Part shown: positions 19,796 through 30,023 of the stretch, in pieces
How the letters are laid out: each line of letters starts with the position of its first letter
How positions within the stretch are numbered: position 1 is the first letter of the stretch
Assembly: GCA_963701085.1 (NCBI GenBank)
Contig: OY969561.1
Coordinates: 256,001 to 320,000, forward strand
Length of the DNA: 64,000 nucleotides
Direction of reading: 5' to 3'
DNA from: an uncultured bacterium
Lineage (GTDB): Bacteria > Babelota > Babeliae > Babelales > Vermiphilaceae
Made by a program: the position numbers and the translations under genes
Notes under the pieces: model-generated
What the model saw: only the letters and a program-made list of their open reading frames with translations
Database searches by the model: none
Told to the model about the DNA's origin: nothing

Positions 19796-20895
19796 ATAAA
19801 TTATTTTTATTTTTTTTGGTATTTGTTGGAATGCAGAGTGAATGTATGGAGTTGTCTCTGGTCAGACAAAGCACACAGCAACATCCTAAGTTGACTGAAG
19901 ATATTGTATGCCACGTGATACGTTCATATTTAAGCTTACAATCATTAGCACGCTTTGGATCTACGTGCAAAACATATGAAAAAATATTTGAACCGGGGAA
20001 AATAGAGTACTATGCATTAGGTTTGCGGGAAGTTAGAGACAATTATTATCGTTGTACTCAAGCTCTTGGCAGATGTGCTCAGTATGAAAATAGTGTACTA
20101 TTTAAACGTTTGTGGAGAAGAGATGGTGCTATCAGGGATTACAATATAGCAAAATTGGAACAAAAATTGCATCTTACTCTTGGTGATAAAATGAATGCTT
20201 ATCGTAAGTATTATAGCAATTTTCAAGATGTAGACAACAATATTACTAAGGATTTACGAAGTGCTATCATGAATAAGGAGAATTTACTTATTGGCAGGAT
20301 AGTACAGAGTAAAAAATACAATATTTTTGAGCTATTTAATAATGAGACTCTCGAAGCAGCGTTTCAAACTTTGTGTTCAATAAAAGACTTTTTCATTGGA
20401 GTTGATAATATATTGGCGCTTTTACCCGTAGAGAATGGCGAATATAAAAATAGAGCTGTGCAATATATAGCTAAGTATGATGAATTTAACGTTTTGATTC
20501 AAGCACTGGAAAAAGGGTATCTTAAGGCAGATGAAGAGTATGGATATGAATGTACAGCATTACATTATGCAGCTTTGCGTGGATGTAGAGCATTAACAGA
20601 CAGGTTGCTTAAGAAAGGTGCTGATGTGCATGCTGTTAATAAATGGGGTAAGCAACCATTATATTATGCTGAGAGATTTAATCAAGAACATCATAACTTT
20701 GGCCATTTATATGCGTATAGGGGTAATGGGGTTGAGGATTTGTTAAACGCATATTGTTATAGAAAACATGGGTGTCTACTAAAAATAACGCAACAATGTG
20801 GATCATCATATAAATCGTGGGATATATCGCAAGAGGAAGCTGCTTGGTTGCGCAATTCTTGTACTTATTCACTGAAAGAATCAGACATTATTTAG
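19792..20895 (+). CDS. Secreted F-box-like plus ankyrin repeat protein (paralog 3)
   Basis: KLTEDIVCHVIRSYLSLQSLARFGSTCK is F-box-like; TALHYAA..GADVHAVN ankyrin. Confidence 0.85.
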   Translation: MNKLFLFFLVFVGMQSECMELSLVRQSTQQHPKLTEDIVCHVIRSYLSLQSLARFGSTCKTYEKIFEPGKIEYYALGLREVRDNYYRCTQALGRCAQYENSVLFKRLWRRDGAIRDYNIAKLEQKLHLTLGDKMNAYRKYYSNFQDVDNNITKDLRSAIMNKENLLIGRIVQSKKYNIFELFNNETLEAAFQTLCSIKDFFIGVDNILALLPVENGEYKNRAVQYIAKYDEFNVLIQALEKGYLKADEEYGYECTALHYAALRGCRALTDRLLKKGADVHAVNKWGKQPLYYAERFNQEHHNFGHLYAYRGNGVEDLLNAYCYRKHGCLLKITQQCGSSYKSWDISQEEAAWLRNSCTYSLKESDII

Positions 20896-21832
20896 TTTGT
20901 AGCAATTTTGCACAATAATCTTTAACAGCTGGCCCAAAGGTTGGATGTTGGAATGCAATATCAATATTTGCTTGTATCCATCCGAGAGGGTTGCCAATAT
21001 CGTAGCGTGATGTGTTCATAACATAGGCAATAACGCGCTCCCCATTACGCATCATATCTGCAATGCCATCAGTGAGTTGAATTTCATTACCAGCACCTGG
21101 TTTTGTGGTTTCTAGAGAATCAAAAATGCGTGGAGATAAAACATAGCGACCTACAATGGCAAAATTAGATGGAGCTTGATCAACAGAGGGTTTTTCAACG
21201 AGTGCAGCAACATCAAAAATGCCGTCTTCTAACTCTTCTTTTACCGCGACAATGCCATATGATGAAACTTTTTCATGAGGAACTTGTAGCACACCAATGA
21301 CGGATGCGTTATATTTTTGTGCGACTGCAATAAGTTGTGCAAGCGCAGGAACATCACCAATCATAATTTCATCAGGTAACACAATACCAAAATATTCGTT
21401 ACTAATAGCTTCTTTTGCCATTAAAATTGCATGACCAAGGCCGAGGGCTTCTGGTTGTGGAACAAAAGTGAATTGTGCGGCATCAATTACTGCATTAACG
21501 CTATTAAGAAGGGCAGCTTTGCCATTTTTAGCCAATGTCGTCTCTAACTTTGGTTGGTGAGAAAGATGGTTTTTAAGCGCTTGTTTATCATCATTGGCGA
21601 TGATAATAAAATCAGTAATGTCTGATGCTAAGCCTTCTTCGACAATTATTTGGATTGATGGTTTTTCGAGAATGGGTAGCATTTCTTTGGGAACCGCTTT
21701 TGTATAAGGTAAAAAACGTGTACCAAGACCGGCTGCAGGAATAACTGCTTTATTTATTTTCATAGTCATACCCATAATTTGAGATGTTTGTGTTAGTGAT
21801 AGCGCACAAAAAACGATTGTTACTAATTTCAT
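20888..21832 (-). CDS. galU: UTP-glucose-1-phosphate uridylyltransferase with signal-like N-terminal extension
   Basis: KAVIPAAGLGTRFLPYTKAVPKEMLP, GLGHAI, GNEIQLTD. Confidence 0.95.
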   Translation of the reverse strand: MKLVTIVFCALSLTQTSQIMGMTMKINKAVIPAAGLGTRFLPYTKAVPKEMLPILEKPSIQIIVEEGLASDITDFIIIANDDKQALKNHLSHQPKLETTLAKNGKAALLNSVNAVIDAAQFTFVPQPEALGLGHAILMAKEAISNEYFGIVLPDEIMIGDVPALAQLIAVAQKYNASVIGVLQVPHEKVSSYGIVAVKEELEDGIFDVAALVEKPSVDQAPSNFAIVGRYVLSPRIFDSLETTKPGAGNEIQLTDGIADMMRNGERVIAYVMNTSRYDIGNPLGWIQANIDIAFQHPTFGPAVKDYCAKLLQTK

Positions 21833-21879
21833 AAGCATAGAAGTTTCTCGGTTAATATAATAAAATAAGTGAATCATAC

Positions 21880-22915
21880 TCAAGAGAACTGGTTGAGAAA
21901 TTTTATTTTACTGGAATGAAATAGGCGAATATCATTAATGCCGTATTTAATCATTGCAAGTCTTTCAATTCCTCCACCCAATGCAAATCCAGAGTAAATA
22001 ATTGGATCAATTCCACCAGCACGTAAGACATTTGGATGAATTATTCCACTGCCAAATAACTCAATCCAACGTGTATGTTTGCAAACAGAACATCCTGTTG
22101 TGCAGAATGGACATGATGCATCTATTTCAATTCCTGGTTCTACGAAAGGGAAAAATCCTGGACGTGCGCGAACTTCGATTCTGTTATTGTTTAAGATTTT
22201 TTGTAAAAAAGTTTGTGCGGTAGCAAGCAAGTTGCTGACCGATATGTTTTTATCAATCAGCATGATTTCATATTGAGTGAATTGAAAATCATGAGTTTGA
22301 TCTGTTGCTTCTTTTCTGTATGTTCTTCCTGGTGAAAATATTGCAATAGGAGGTTGGGAATTTTGCATAACACGAACTTGAACGTTTGAGCATTGGGTTC
22401 GTAGAAGAATTCCTTTTTTATGTAAATAAAATGAATCTTCTGCTTCACGTGCTGGATGATCTGCTGGAATATTAAGGGATTCAAAATTATAATATTCGTT
22501 ATCTATTTCAGGGCCATCGGCGATATCATATCCCATTGATATAAAAACATCTTCTAAGTCATTGATGATTTGTGTGTAAATATGGGATGTTCCTTTAAGT
22601 TCATTGTATTTGTATGCAGAAACATCAAAGTTTTTGTGCACGATATTTTTTTGTGCACTTTCTTCTTTTTTGAGGGCGGTTGCGCGGGCGTCAATTTGTT
22701 CTTGTGCTTCAGTTTTGAGCTGATTGAGGAGTGGCCCAACTATTTTTTTTTCTTCAACAGGCATATTTTTGAGTTGCTCCATAAGATCAGCAATCTTGCC
22801 TTTGCGTCCTAAAAATGCAACACGTACTGCTTCAAGGCTTGTTTCATTCGATGCTTGCAATTGCAGTGGTTAGTTCTTTTTTTATGATTTCAATTTCTTG
22901 TGAGAGATTTTTCAT
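21880..22915 (-). CDS. pheS: Phenylalanyl-tRNA synthetase alpha subunit (+1 frameshift near 22862)
   Basis: NFESLNIPADHPAR, FPFVEP, GGGIERLAM; upstream ATG 22915 (MKNLSQEIEIIKKELTTA) is one base out of frame. Confidence 0.93.
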
Positions 22916-23050
22916 ACATATTCCGGTGTATTAACGGCGGTTTTTATACATAAACAAGATAACAAAGAATGATATTCTTGGCAATTTGGTCAAAATTATA
23001 TAATAGTGGAATAAGTGTACAAATGGGTTACTAAAAAAGAGGAGAGATGG

Positions 23051-23803
23051 ATGAAAAAGTTTTTATTGTCGATGCTTGCCTTTGGAGTTATAGCAACGGG
23101 TTATGCTGATGAAACACGTGGATCATTAGCGCCTTGCAATAAACATGAAGAAGTAATTAATGCGGAAAATAGTGTGTTTCTTGCGCAAGTTCTTGCGGCA
23201 GATGATGTATTTGAGGAAACATATATCCCTCAACCAGATATGTTCTCAGTAAGAAAAGCAGCCATTATAACGTGTATGGATTATCGATTGAATGATTTTT
23301 TAAGTGTGGTTACTCCTGGTACGTATATCTTGCGTAATGCTGGTGGAAGGGTAACTGAGGATTGGATTAGATCAATTATTATTCTCTATAAATTACTTGA
23401 AGTAGAACAAATAATGTTGATTCAACATACTGATTGCGGTATGCAGAAATTTACTGATCATGTTATGAATGATTTATTACGTGGCAGTTTAGTTAAGGCT
23501 AAACTTGTTCAGAATTGTAACACTACATTGTGTCCTTTAGAACCTAATAGCGCTTGTAAGTGGGTTAATACAAGTAGTTGTTGTGGAACAAATCCATGTA
23601 AAGGTGGATGCATTGATTGGCGTACTATTAATCATGGTTTGTTTGATTCAATGCTTGAAGATGTTAAAACGCTTCGTAACCATCCATTGATACCATCAAA
23701 CATTCCAATATATGCGTACATCTTTGATGTTATTACCGGTGATTTAATTCCGGTCCCCAAGGCAATGAGAGCTGGCAGGGCAAAACCGCTGTTTTGTAAG
23801 TAA
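23051..23803 (+). CDS. Beta-class carbonic anhydrase with signal peptide and Cys-rich insert
   Basis: CMDYR, RNAGG and HTDCGM zinc-ligand motifs. Confidence 0.9.
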   Translation: MKKFLLSMLAFGVIATGYADETRGSLAPCNKHEEVINAENSVFLAQVLAADDVFEETYIPQPDMFSVRKAAIITCMDYRLNDFLSVVTPGTYILRNAGGRVTEDWIRSIIILYKLLEVEQIMLIQHTDCGMQKFTDHVMNDLLRGSLVKAKLVQNCNTTLCPLEPNSACKWVNTSSCCGTNPCKGGCIDWRTINHGLFDSMLEDVKTLRNHPLIPSNIPIYAYIFDVITGDLIPVPKAMRAGRAKPLFCK

Positions 23804-23820
23804 TTTTCACGCTTTTTTTA

Positions 23821-23848
23821 TTGACAAAAGCTCACAAACAGGTACCAT
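23821..23848 (+). promoter_or_regulatory. Putative sigma70 promoter of tRNA-Phe
   Basis: TTGACA (23821), 16-bp spacer, TACCAT (23843). Confidence 0.5.
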
Positions 23849-23878
23849 ACATACTATATATTGATAGTTTTTGTCATC

Positions 23879-23953
23879 GCCGGGGTAGCTCAGTGGTAGA
23901 GCGGAAGCCTGAAGAGCTTCGCGTCGTTGGTTCAATTCCGACCCCCGGCACCA
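23879..23953 (+). tRNA. tRNA-Phe(GAA)
   Basis: Cloverleaf GCCGGGG..CCCCGGC-ACCA; anticodon arm GAAGC-CTGAAGA-GCTTC; GGTTCAA T-loop. Confidence 0.96.
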
Positions 23954-24018
23954 TACTTCGCGTAAAGCTTCGTATGGCACGGCCATCTTCGCCCGCTCAT
24001 CCTGAGCCTGTCGAAGGA
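23951..24018. repeat. Module C hairpin plus module A core directly after tRNA-Phe
   Basis: CCATAC-TTCGCGTAAAGCTTC-GTATGG-CACGGCC, then CCGCTCATCCTGAGCCTGTCGAAGGA. Confidence 0.85.
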
Positions 24019-24201
24019 CGTCTGGCTTACGCCAAGGTTTCCTCCTTACGATCTAGATGAGTGTCTGTAAAGACAGGATTAAATCCATTCTTTTTCCAAA
24101 ATTCTTGCATTATATTTTTGTTTATTGTTAATTATTTTGTATCGTGGTAGATTTTTTTGTTCCCATATTTGTCACGAGTATTTTAATAAAAGGAGAATAC
24201 G

Positions 24202-24501
24202 ATGAACAAAATATCTTTTATAACGATATGTGTGTTAACACATTCTTGTTTGTTTTCCATGGATACAAAGCAGCAACCTTTACCAAATAAATTAGATAAT
24301 GGCCCTAGGCGAGATGGAATACTGAGAAAATTAAGTAATCCTGTATCAAGGGTGAGAACAGATGAAGAAATTGGTAATTTTATGCTAAAAACTGAAACAA
24401 GATCACCACGAGATAAGTATAGAGAAATATATAAAGAAGAAAAAAATAAAGAGCTTAATGAATTTCGAAGAGGGCGTAGCGAAAGTCTCGAAAAAAAATA
24501 A
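24202..24501 (+). CDS. Small secreted hypothetical protein
   Basis: RBS AAGGAG; signal peptide ending LFS|MD. Confidence 0.7.
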   Translation: MNKISFITICVLTHSCLFSMDTKQQPLPNKLDNGPRRDGILRKLSNPVSRVRTDEEIGNFMLKTETRSPRDKYREIYKEEKNKELNEFRRGRSESLEKK

Positions 24502-24518
24502 TTAAAAAAGAGGGGAGT

Positions 24519-25043
24519 ATGAAACAGACGCAAGTTGATAAACACACAATTGCATGGTTTAAGATTGCTGAGTGTGTGTCGCGAGGTGAAAAAGAGCGCG
24601 CATTGGGTGTGTATCGTCTTCTCTCTCATTCATTTAATGATACTGCTATTAAATGTCAGCTTGAGGCTGACATTTATTGTTCTTTTGGTGAAACTGACCA
24701 GGCAATTATTTTATATCAACAGGCAATGGAGTCTTATAAAAAATCTCATCGTTTTCTTGAAGCGGCAGCAGTTGGTGAACATTTGGTTGTTTTACAGCCT
24801 TCTGAAATGATTTTGCATCGCAACTTAATTCAGCTCTATCTTTCTCTGGCAATGATATCAAAAGCGCAAGCGCATATTCAGGCGCTTGTTGATTTTTTTG
24901 CACAAAAGAAGCAATGGATAGAACAAGTTCTTGATGATCTTATCCTTGTTGATAATAAAAAATATGTTCAAGAGTTTGTAGCTTTATTGCAAGCATGTTC
25001 AGATGAGCTGCATCAGCATGCAGTTATCTATTTAAAAAAATGA
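24519..25043 (+). CDS. TPR-like helical protein
   Basis: ADIYCSFGETDQAIILYQQA TPR-like pattern; RBS GGGGAG. Confidence 0.7.
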   Translation: MKQTQVDKHTIAWFKIAECVSRGEKERALGVYRLLSHSFNDTAIKCQLEADIYCSFGETDQAIILYQQAMESYKKSHRFLEAAAVGEHLVVLQPSEMILHRNLIQLYLSLAMISKAQAHIQALVDFFAQKKQWIEQVLDDLILVDNKKYVQEFVALLQACSDELHQHAVIYLKK

Positions 25044-25080
25044 TTTTTAGCTCTTTGTTTTTGTACACATGATTTCCTCT

Positions 25081-25227
25081 CTCCGCTCGCCCTGAGTGCC
25101 CCGTTAGGGGTGTATCGAAGGGTGCGACAGAAAAAAGATTTTTTTATTTTTAATATTTTTCTTATTCCGCATCCTTCGATACATTCTCCTACGTTAAAAC
25201 TTCGGAGAACACTCAGGACGAGCGGAG
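25081..25227. repeat. Inverted doublet of A'-type palindromic element
   Basis: CTCCGCTCGCCCTGAGTG..TGTATCGAAGGG [AT-rich spacer] CCTTCGATACAT..CACTCAGGACGAGCGGAG. Confidence 0.9.
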
Positions 25228-25251
25228 GGTGTGATAATCATTACAAACTTT

Positions 25252-28200
25252 TTATAAATTGCACTTTATCATAATATTATGTTTTTCAAGTAATTGAGCG
25301 CTTTCAGCATCAAGAAGAATTTTTTCTTTTGCTGTTAAGCGCAATTTTTTTTGGTTTTCCTGAAAGATAATATTAAGCGGGGCACTGCCCTTGGTCAAAT
25401 GTTCTTTGATGTTGGTTATTGTTTCTTCAGTCATATTGTCGGGAAGCGTGAGAGTGATATATTCAATGTTCGGCCATTCATTCAGTGCTAATTCGATAGG
25501 AACAATATCTTGAGCTTTTATTTTGCATCCAGCGCCTTCAACAACATCAACTACTCCTTTAACTATAAACACATGATGTGAGCCGAGCCATTTTTCAGTG
25601 CGGGTGAATGTTTTAGGAAATGCAATAATTTCCGCCGTTCCTGACATATCTTCAAATTGCAAAAAAGACATTCGATCACCTTTTTTGGTGACAATGTCTT
25701 TGCGTGTTTTCAGCAGGCCGCAGCAAATAGTTGTATATTCGCCCGAAGTTGTTTTTGCTTTTTCTGTTGCTACTTCGAATGACTCAATGGCAAACCAAGC
25801 AAGTTGTTTTTTGTATGTTTCAAGGGGATGTGAGCTGATATAAAAACCAAGTACTTCACGTTCCTTTTCTAGTTTTTCTTTATCAGACCATTCAGGCAAT
25901 GGTGCAAAAATATATAATTCATTATCATTACTGGCATTTTTGTTCGCGATAGCGAATAAATCCATTTGTCCGGTAAGGGCATTTTTTTTGTGCGTAGTTG
26001 CAAGATCAATACTATGTTCAACTTCATTAAATTGCTGTGCGCGATTACCATGCAAGGTATCAAACGCTCCTGCACAAATGAGACTTTCAATAACTCGTTT
26101 ATTGGCCGTGCGTAAATCTACGCGTTTACAAAAATCGAACAGATCTTTAAAAGGACCTTTCTTGGCGCGTTCTTCAATGATATTTTCAAGCGCTGCAAGA
26201 CCAACGTTTTTGATACCTTGTAATCCGAATAAAATATTGCTGTCCACAACTGAAAAATCGATACTCGATCTGTTAATATCTGGTGGTAATAAGGTAATGC
26301 CTAAATCTTTTGTTTCCTGTAAATAGAAAGACATTTTATCGGGATGTGTTGCTTCTAATGAGATAAGGCATGCTATAAATTCAGATGGGTAGTTTGCTTT
26401 GAGATATGCTGTTTGATAGGCGATAAGTGCATATGCAGCTGAGTGAGATTTGTTAAAGCCATAACCGGCAAAATAGGCCATGAAGATCAAAAAGTTCTTC
26501 TGCTTTTTTTCCGTCAAAGCTCCTGGTAGTTGCTTTTTCAACAAATATGGCGCTTTGTTCCGCCATCACTTCTGCTTTTTTCTTCCCCATTGCGCGGCGT
26601 AAAATATCAGCTTCTCCGAGTGAATAGCCGCCAATTGCAGAGGCAATTTTCATTACCTGTTCTTGATAGACAATAACACCATAAGTTTCTGCCAAAATTG
26701 GTTCAAGTTCAGGGAAAAGATATTTAATTTTTTGTCGACCATGTCGACGTTCAATAAAATCATCGACCATCCCTGATCCGAGTGGTCCTGGGCGATAGAG
26801 TGCGTTTACCGCAATAATATCTTCAAATTTGTCTGGTTGCAGTTTGCGAAGTACTTCTTTGAGCCCACTTAGATTCAAGTTGGAACACGCCTGAGGTTTT
26901 ACCCTCACAAATAAGTGCAAATGTTTGTGCATCATCAAGGGGAAGTTTGTTAATATCAAGCGTGACAGCATGATTTTTTTTGATCAGTTGTAACACTCGG
27001 TCAATAAGCGTTAAGTTTTTGAGGCCCAAAAAATCTATTTTTAGAAAACCAATACTTTCAAGTTCTGTCATTGCATATTGCGTTACAAGTTCAGTGCTTT
27101 TGGAAGGAATATAAACGGGCAGCACTTCATCAATTGGTTCTGGTGAAATTACAATGCCAGCAGCATGTTTTGATGCATGGCGCGTGAGCCCTTCAAGTCG
27201 AAATGCAATATCAAAAATATGTTTTGTGCTGTGGATTATTATCAATAAGTTCTTGTAGTCGGGGTTCTTGTTCAATGGCTTCAGTTAAGCGTAATTTTAA
27301 GTTGTTCAGGGATGAGATTGGTGATTGCATTTGAATCTTCAAAAGAAAAACCAAGGACGCGTGCAACATCTTTAATAACACCTTTTGCCATCATGGTACC
27401 AAAGGTGATAATATTGGCATACTTTGTCATGGCCATACTTATCACGAACATAATTGATTACTTTGTCGCGGCCTTCAATACAAAAATCGATATCGATATC
27501 AGGCATGCTGACACGTTCAGGATTTAAAAAGCGTTCAAAAAGAAGATTATATTTGAGAGGATCGATATTGGTAATTTGTAATGCCCATGCAACGAGTGAT
27601 CCTGCAGCAGAACCACGACCCGGGCCAACGGGAATGCCATTGCGGTATGCCCATTGAATAAAATCACTCACTACTAAAAAATATCCAACAAATCCCATAC
27701 TGAGTAATGAGATCAATTTCAAGTTCCAAGCGAGCTTCATATTCTCCTGCTTTGGCAAGATCAATAAGATTGTTCGTCTTTTAATCGTTCAAGACCGATG
27801 CTGGCACATGTGCGCAAAATATGTTTCTTGCGTATAATGTTCGGGAATATCAAATTGTGGGAAAAAAAGTTTTCCGGTTTCAAAATCAAAATTGCACATG
27901 TCAGCAATAACACCAGCATTCCAGACTGCTTCTGGATGTTCTTTGAAAATCCTCGAGCATTTGCTCTGTGGTACGCATGTAGACGCGGCAATCACCAAAG
28001 CTGAAGCGATTGGGGTTGTCTAATTTTGCTTGTGTTTGGATAGAGAGCATAATTTCATGTGCTTCGTGATCCTGGAGTGAAGTATAATGGCAATCGCCGG
28101 CAGCAATGCATTGAATGTTTTTTTCTTTGGCTAAAGCAAATAGTTTTTTATTTAAGATAGCTTGTTCTTCTTGATCTTCGGGCTGCACTTCAAGAAAAAA

Positions 28201-28704
28201 GCGATCTCTGCCAAATACCCTCAAAAACCAGTCAATACGCTCTTCAACTTCTTTTGCCGCATTCGCCATTAACAGTTTAGGAATATGGCCGCCAAGGCAC
28301 GCGGTTGTTACGATGAGGCCTTCTGAATATTTTTCAAGGATGTTGTAATCGATGCGGGGTTTAAAATAAAAACCTTCTTGATATGAATAAGAAATGAGTT
28401 TGCAGAGATTTTTATACCCCGTTGCATTTTGCACAAGAATAATGAGGTGATAATATTTATTTTCTGCATTTTTTACTTTTGCATCTTCCGTAAAATATGC
28501 TTCCATGCCTAAGATTGGTTTAATGCCAGCTTTTTTACATTTTTGAAAGAATTTTACCGCGCCAAAAATATTGCCATGATCGGTGATGGCAAGTGCTTTA
28601 TAATTGTTTTCTTTACCAAATGCTACCAGCTTATCTAATGATATGGCACCATCAAGGAGTGAATATTCGGTATGAAGATGTAAATGCGTAAAATGTTGCG
28701 ACAT
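25252..28704 (-). CDS. dnaE: DNA polymerase III alpha subunit, split by about 9 single-base insertions (probable assembly errors)
   Basis: PHP domain [44 protein letters not shown] and OB fold lie colinearly across successive frames. Confidence 0.95.
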
Positions 28705-28721
28705 ACTTTGTTTGTGTCTTT

Positions 28722-28806
28722 CGCGCTTGTTTTGCTGTGTCCAACGACTTGTCCTTCGTAGCTTAGCGAAGGAGGAATCCTCGGCGAAGGCTGGGTCGAA
28801 GGATAT
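28722..28806. repeat. Degenerate nested repeat (A interrupted by C, interrupted by C)
   Basis: CGCGCTTGT..[..TGTCCTTCGTAGCTTAGCGAAGGAGGA..]..GTCGAAGGATAT. Confidence 0.7.
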
Positions 28807-28989
28807 TCAAGCTTATAAGTTGTAAGGATAAGAGATATTGAGAAAAATGTTGAGTAAAAAATATAAATCCTCATTCAGAATCCCTATAGAGAGCTTAATT
28901 TCCTAAAAATAGTTACAGGTTGACAATTTTATATATTTTGATACATTAAAAATAATAAGATAGTTGTTTTATCAAGTGGGGGATTATGT

Positions 28990-29970
28990 ATGAAAAATAG
29001 TATAAAAAGGTCTTTTCTTATGCCTATTTTGGCATTTTTTATAGGAATGCAGCCATCAGATGCTCATTCTAATATTTTTGATGGTAACAATAGCTATTTG
29101 AATGGTGCAATAGCGGGAATATCTGCTTTTGTAGGGATGCATATAATTTCTCATGTGATTCCTAAAGTATATGCTCAGACAGGATTATTTGGCAAAAGTA
29201 ATCTGAGTAATATGACTTTAAAAGATTATGTGGGTCCTGTTCCTCAGGAAGTTGCTGATCTTATTGCGCAACTTAAAAATTCCGAAGCATATGTAAAAAT
29301 GGGTGTTAAGTTAACTAAAGGATTTATTTTTTTTGGGGCACCTGGTTGTGGAAAAACGCATTTAGCACGTTCAATAGCAACTGAAGTTAACTGTCCTTTT
29401 TTTGCAGTAAATGCTACAGATTTTAAGCAACCGCATGTTGGAGAGGCAAAAAATGAAATAAAAAAACTTTTTGAACAAGCAAGAAATGGAGCAAGGCAGC
29501 ATTCTTCACGCGTAGCGATTGTATTTATAGATGAATTAGATGCTGTTGGAACAAGAAATGGTGAGAGGCTTGAAGGTGGTATAGATGAAACTATCAATAC
29601 CTTATTGAATGAAATGGATGGATTTGATCAACATAAGGATGTACATGTTGTTGTGATAGCAGCAACTAATATTTTAAAAAATATTGATGTCGCTCTTAAG
29701 CGTCCAGGAAGATTGGATCATAAAATTTATATTCCTTATCCAGATTTACAGGCACGAATGTTATTTATGCAAACTTTTTTAAAAAAATATCCAAGTGATT
29801 CTACTGTTTCACACGTTGAGCTTGCAGAAAAAACAGCAGGAATGAGCCCTGCTGATCTTATGTTATTATTTGAAATGGCAGGACGTATTGCTATAAGATC
29901 TCAGAAAAATAAGCGCGACATTGTTTGCTTTAATGAAGCGCTTAAGCAGATGCAATACAATAGAATATAA
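28990..29970 (+). CDS. AAA+ ATPase (FtsH/CDC48-like, no protease domain) with hydrophobic N-terminus
   Basis: Walker A GAPGCGKT, Walker B FIDELD, AATN, ALKRPGRLD. Confidence 0.9.
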   Translation: MKNSIKRSFLMPILAFFIGMQPSDAHSNIFDGNNSYLNGAIAGISAFVGMHIISHVIPKVYAQTGLFGKSNLSNMTLKDYVGPVPQEVADLIAQLKNSEAYVKMGVKLTKGFIFFGAPGCGKTHLARSIATEVNCPFFAVNATDFKQPHVGEAKNEIKKLFEQARNGARQHSSRVAIVFIDELDAVGTRNGERLEGGIDETINTLLNEMDGFDQHKDVHVVVIAATNILKNIDVALKRPGRLDHKIYIPYPDLQARMLFMQTFLKKYPSDSTVSHVELAEKTAGMSPADLMLLFEMAGRIAIRSQKNKRDIVCFNEALKQMQYNRI

Positions 29971-30023
29971 TTCGTTGGCTTTGTGTATTAATGATCATCC
30001 AAATGCGAAAATAATTTTTGTTT

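Noticed and set aside
25252-28704. dnaE as a split gene, intein-containing gene, programmed-frameshift gene or true pseudogene
   Set aside because: No intein motifs or consistent slippery sites; uniform +1 insertions in an essential, otherwise undecayed gene fit assembly error better
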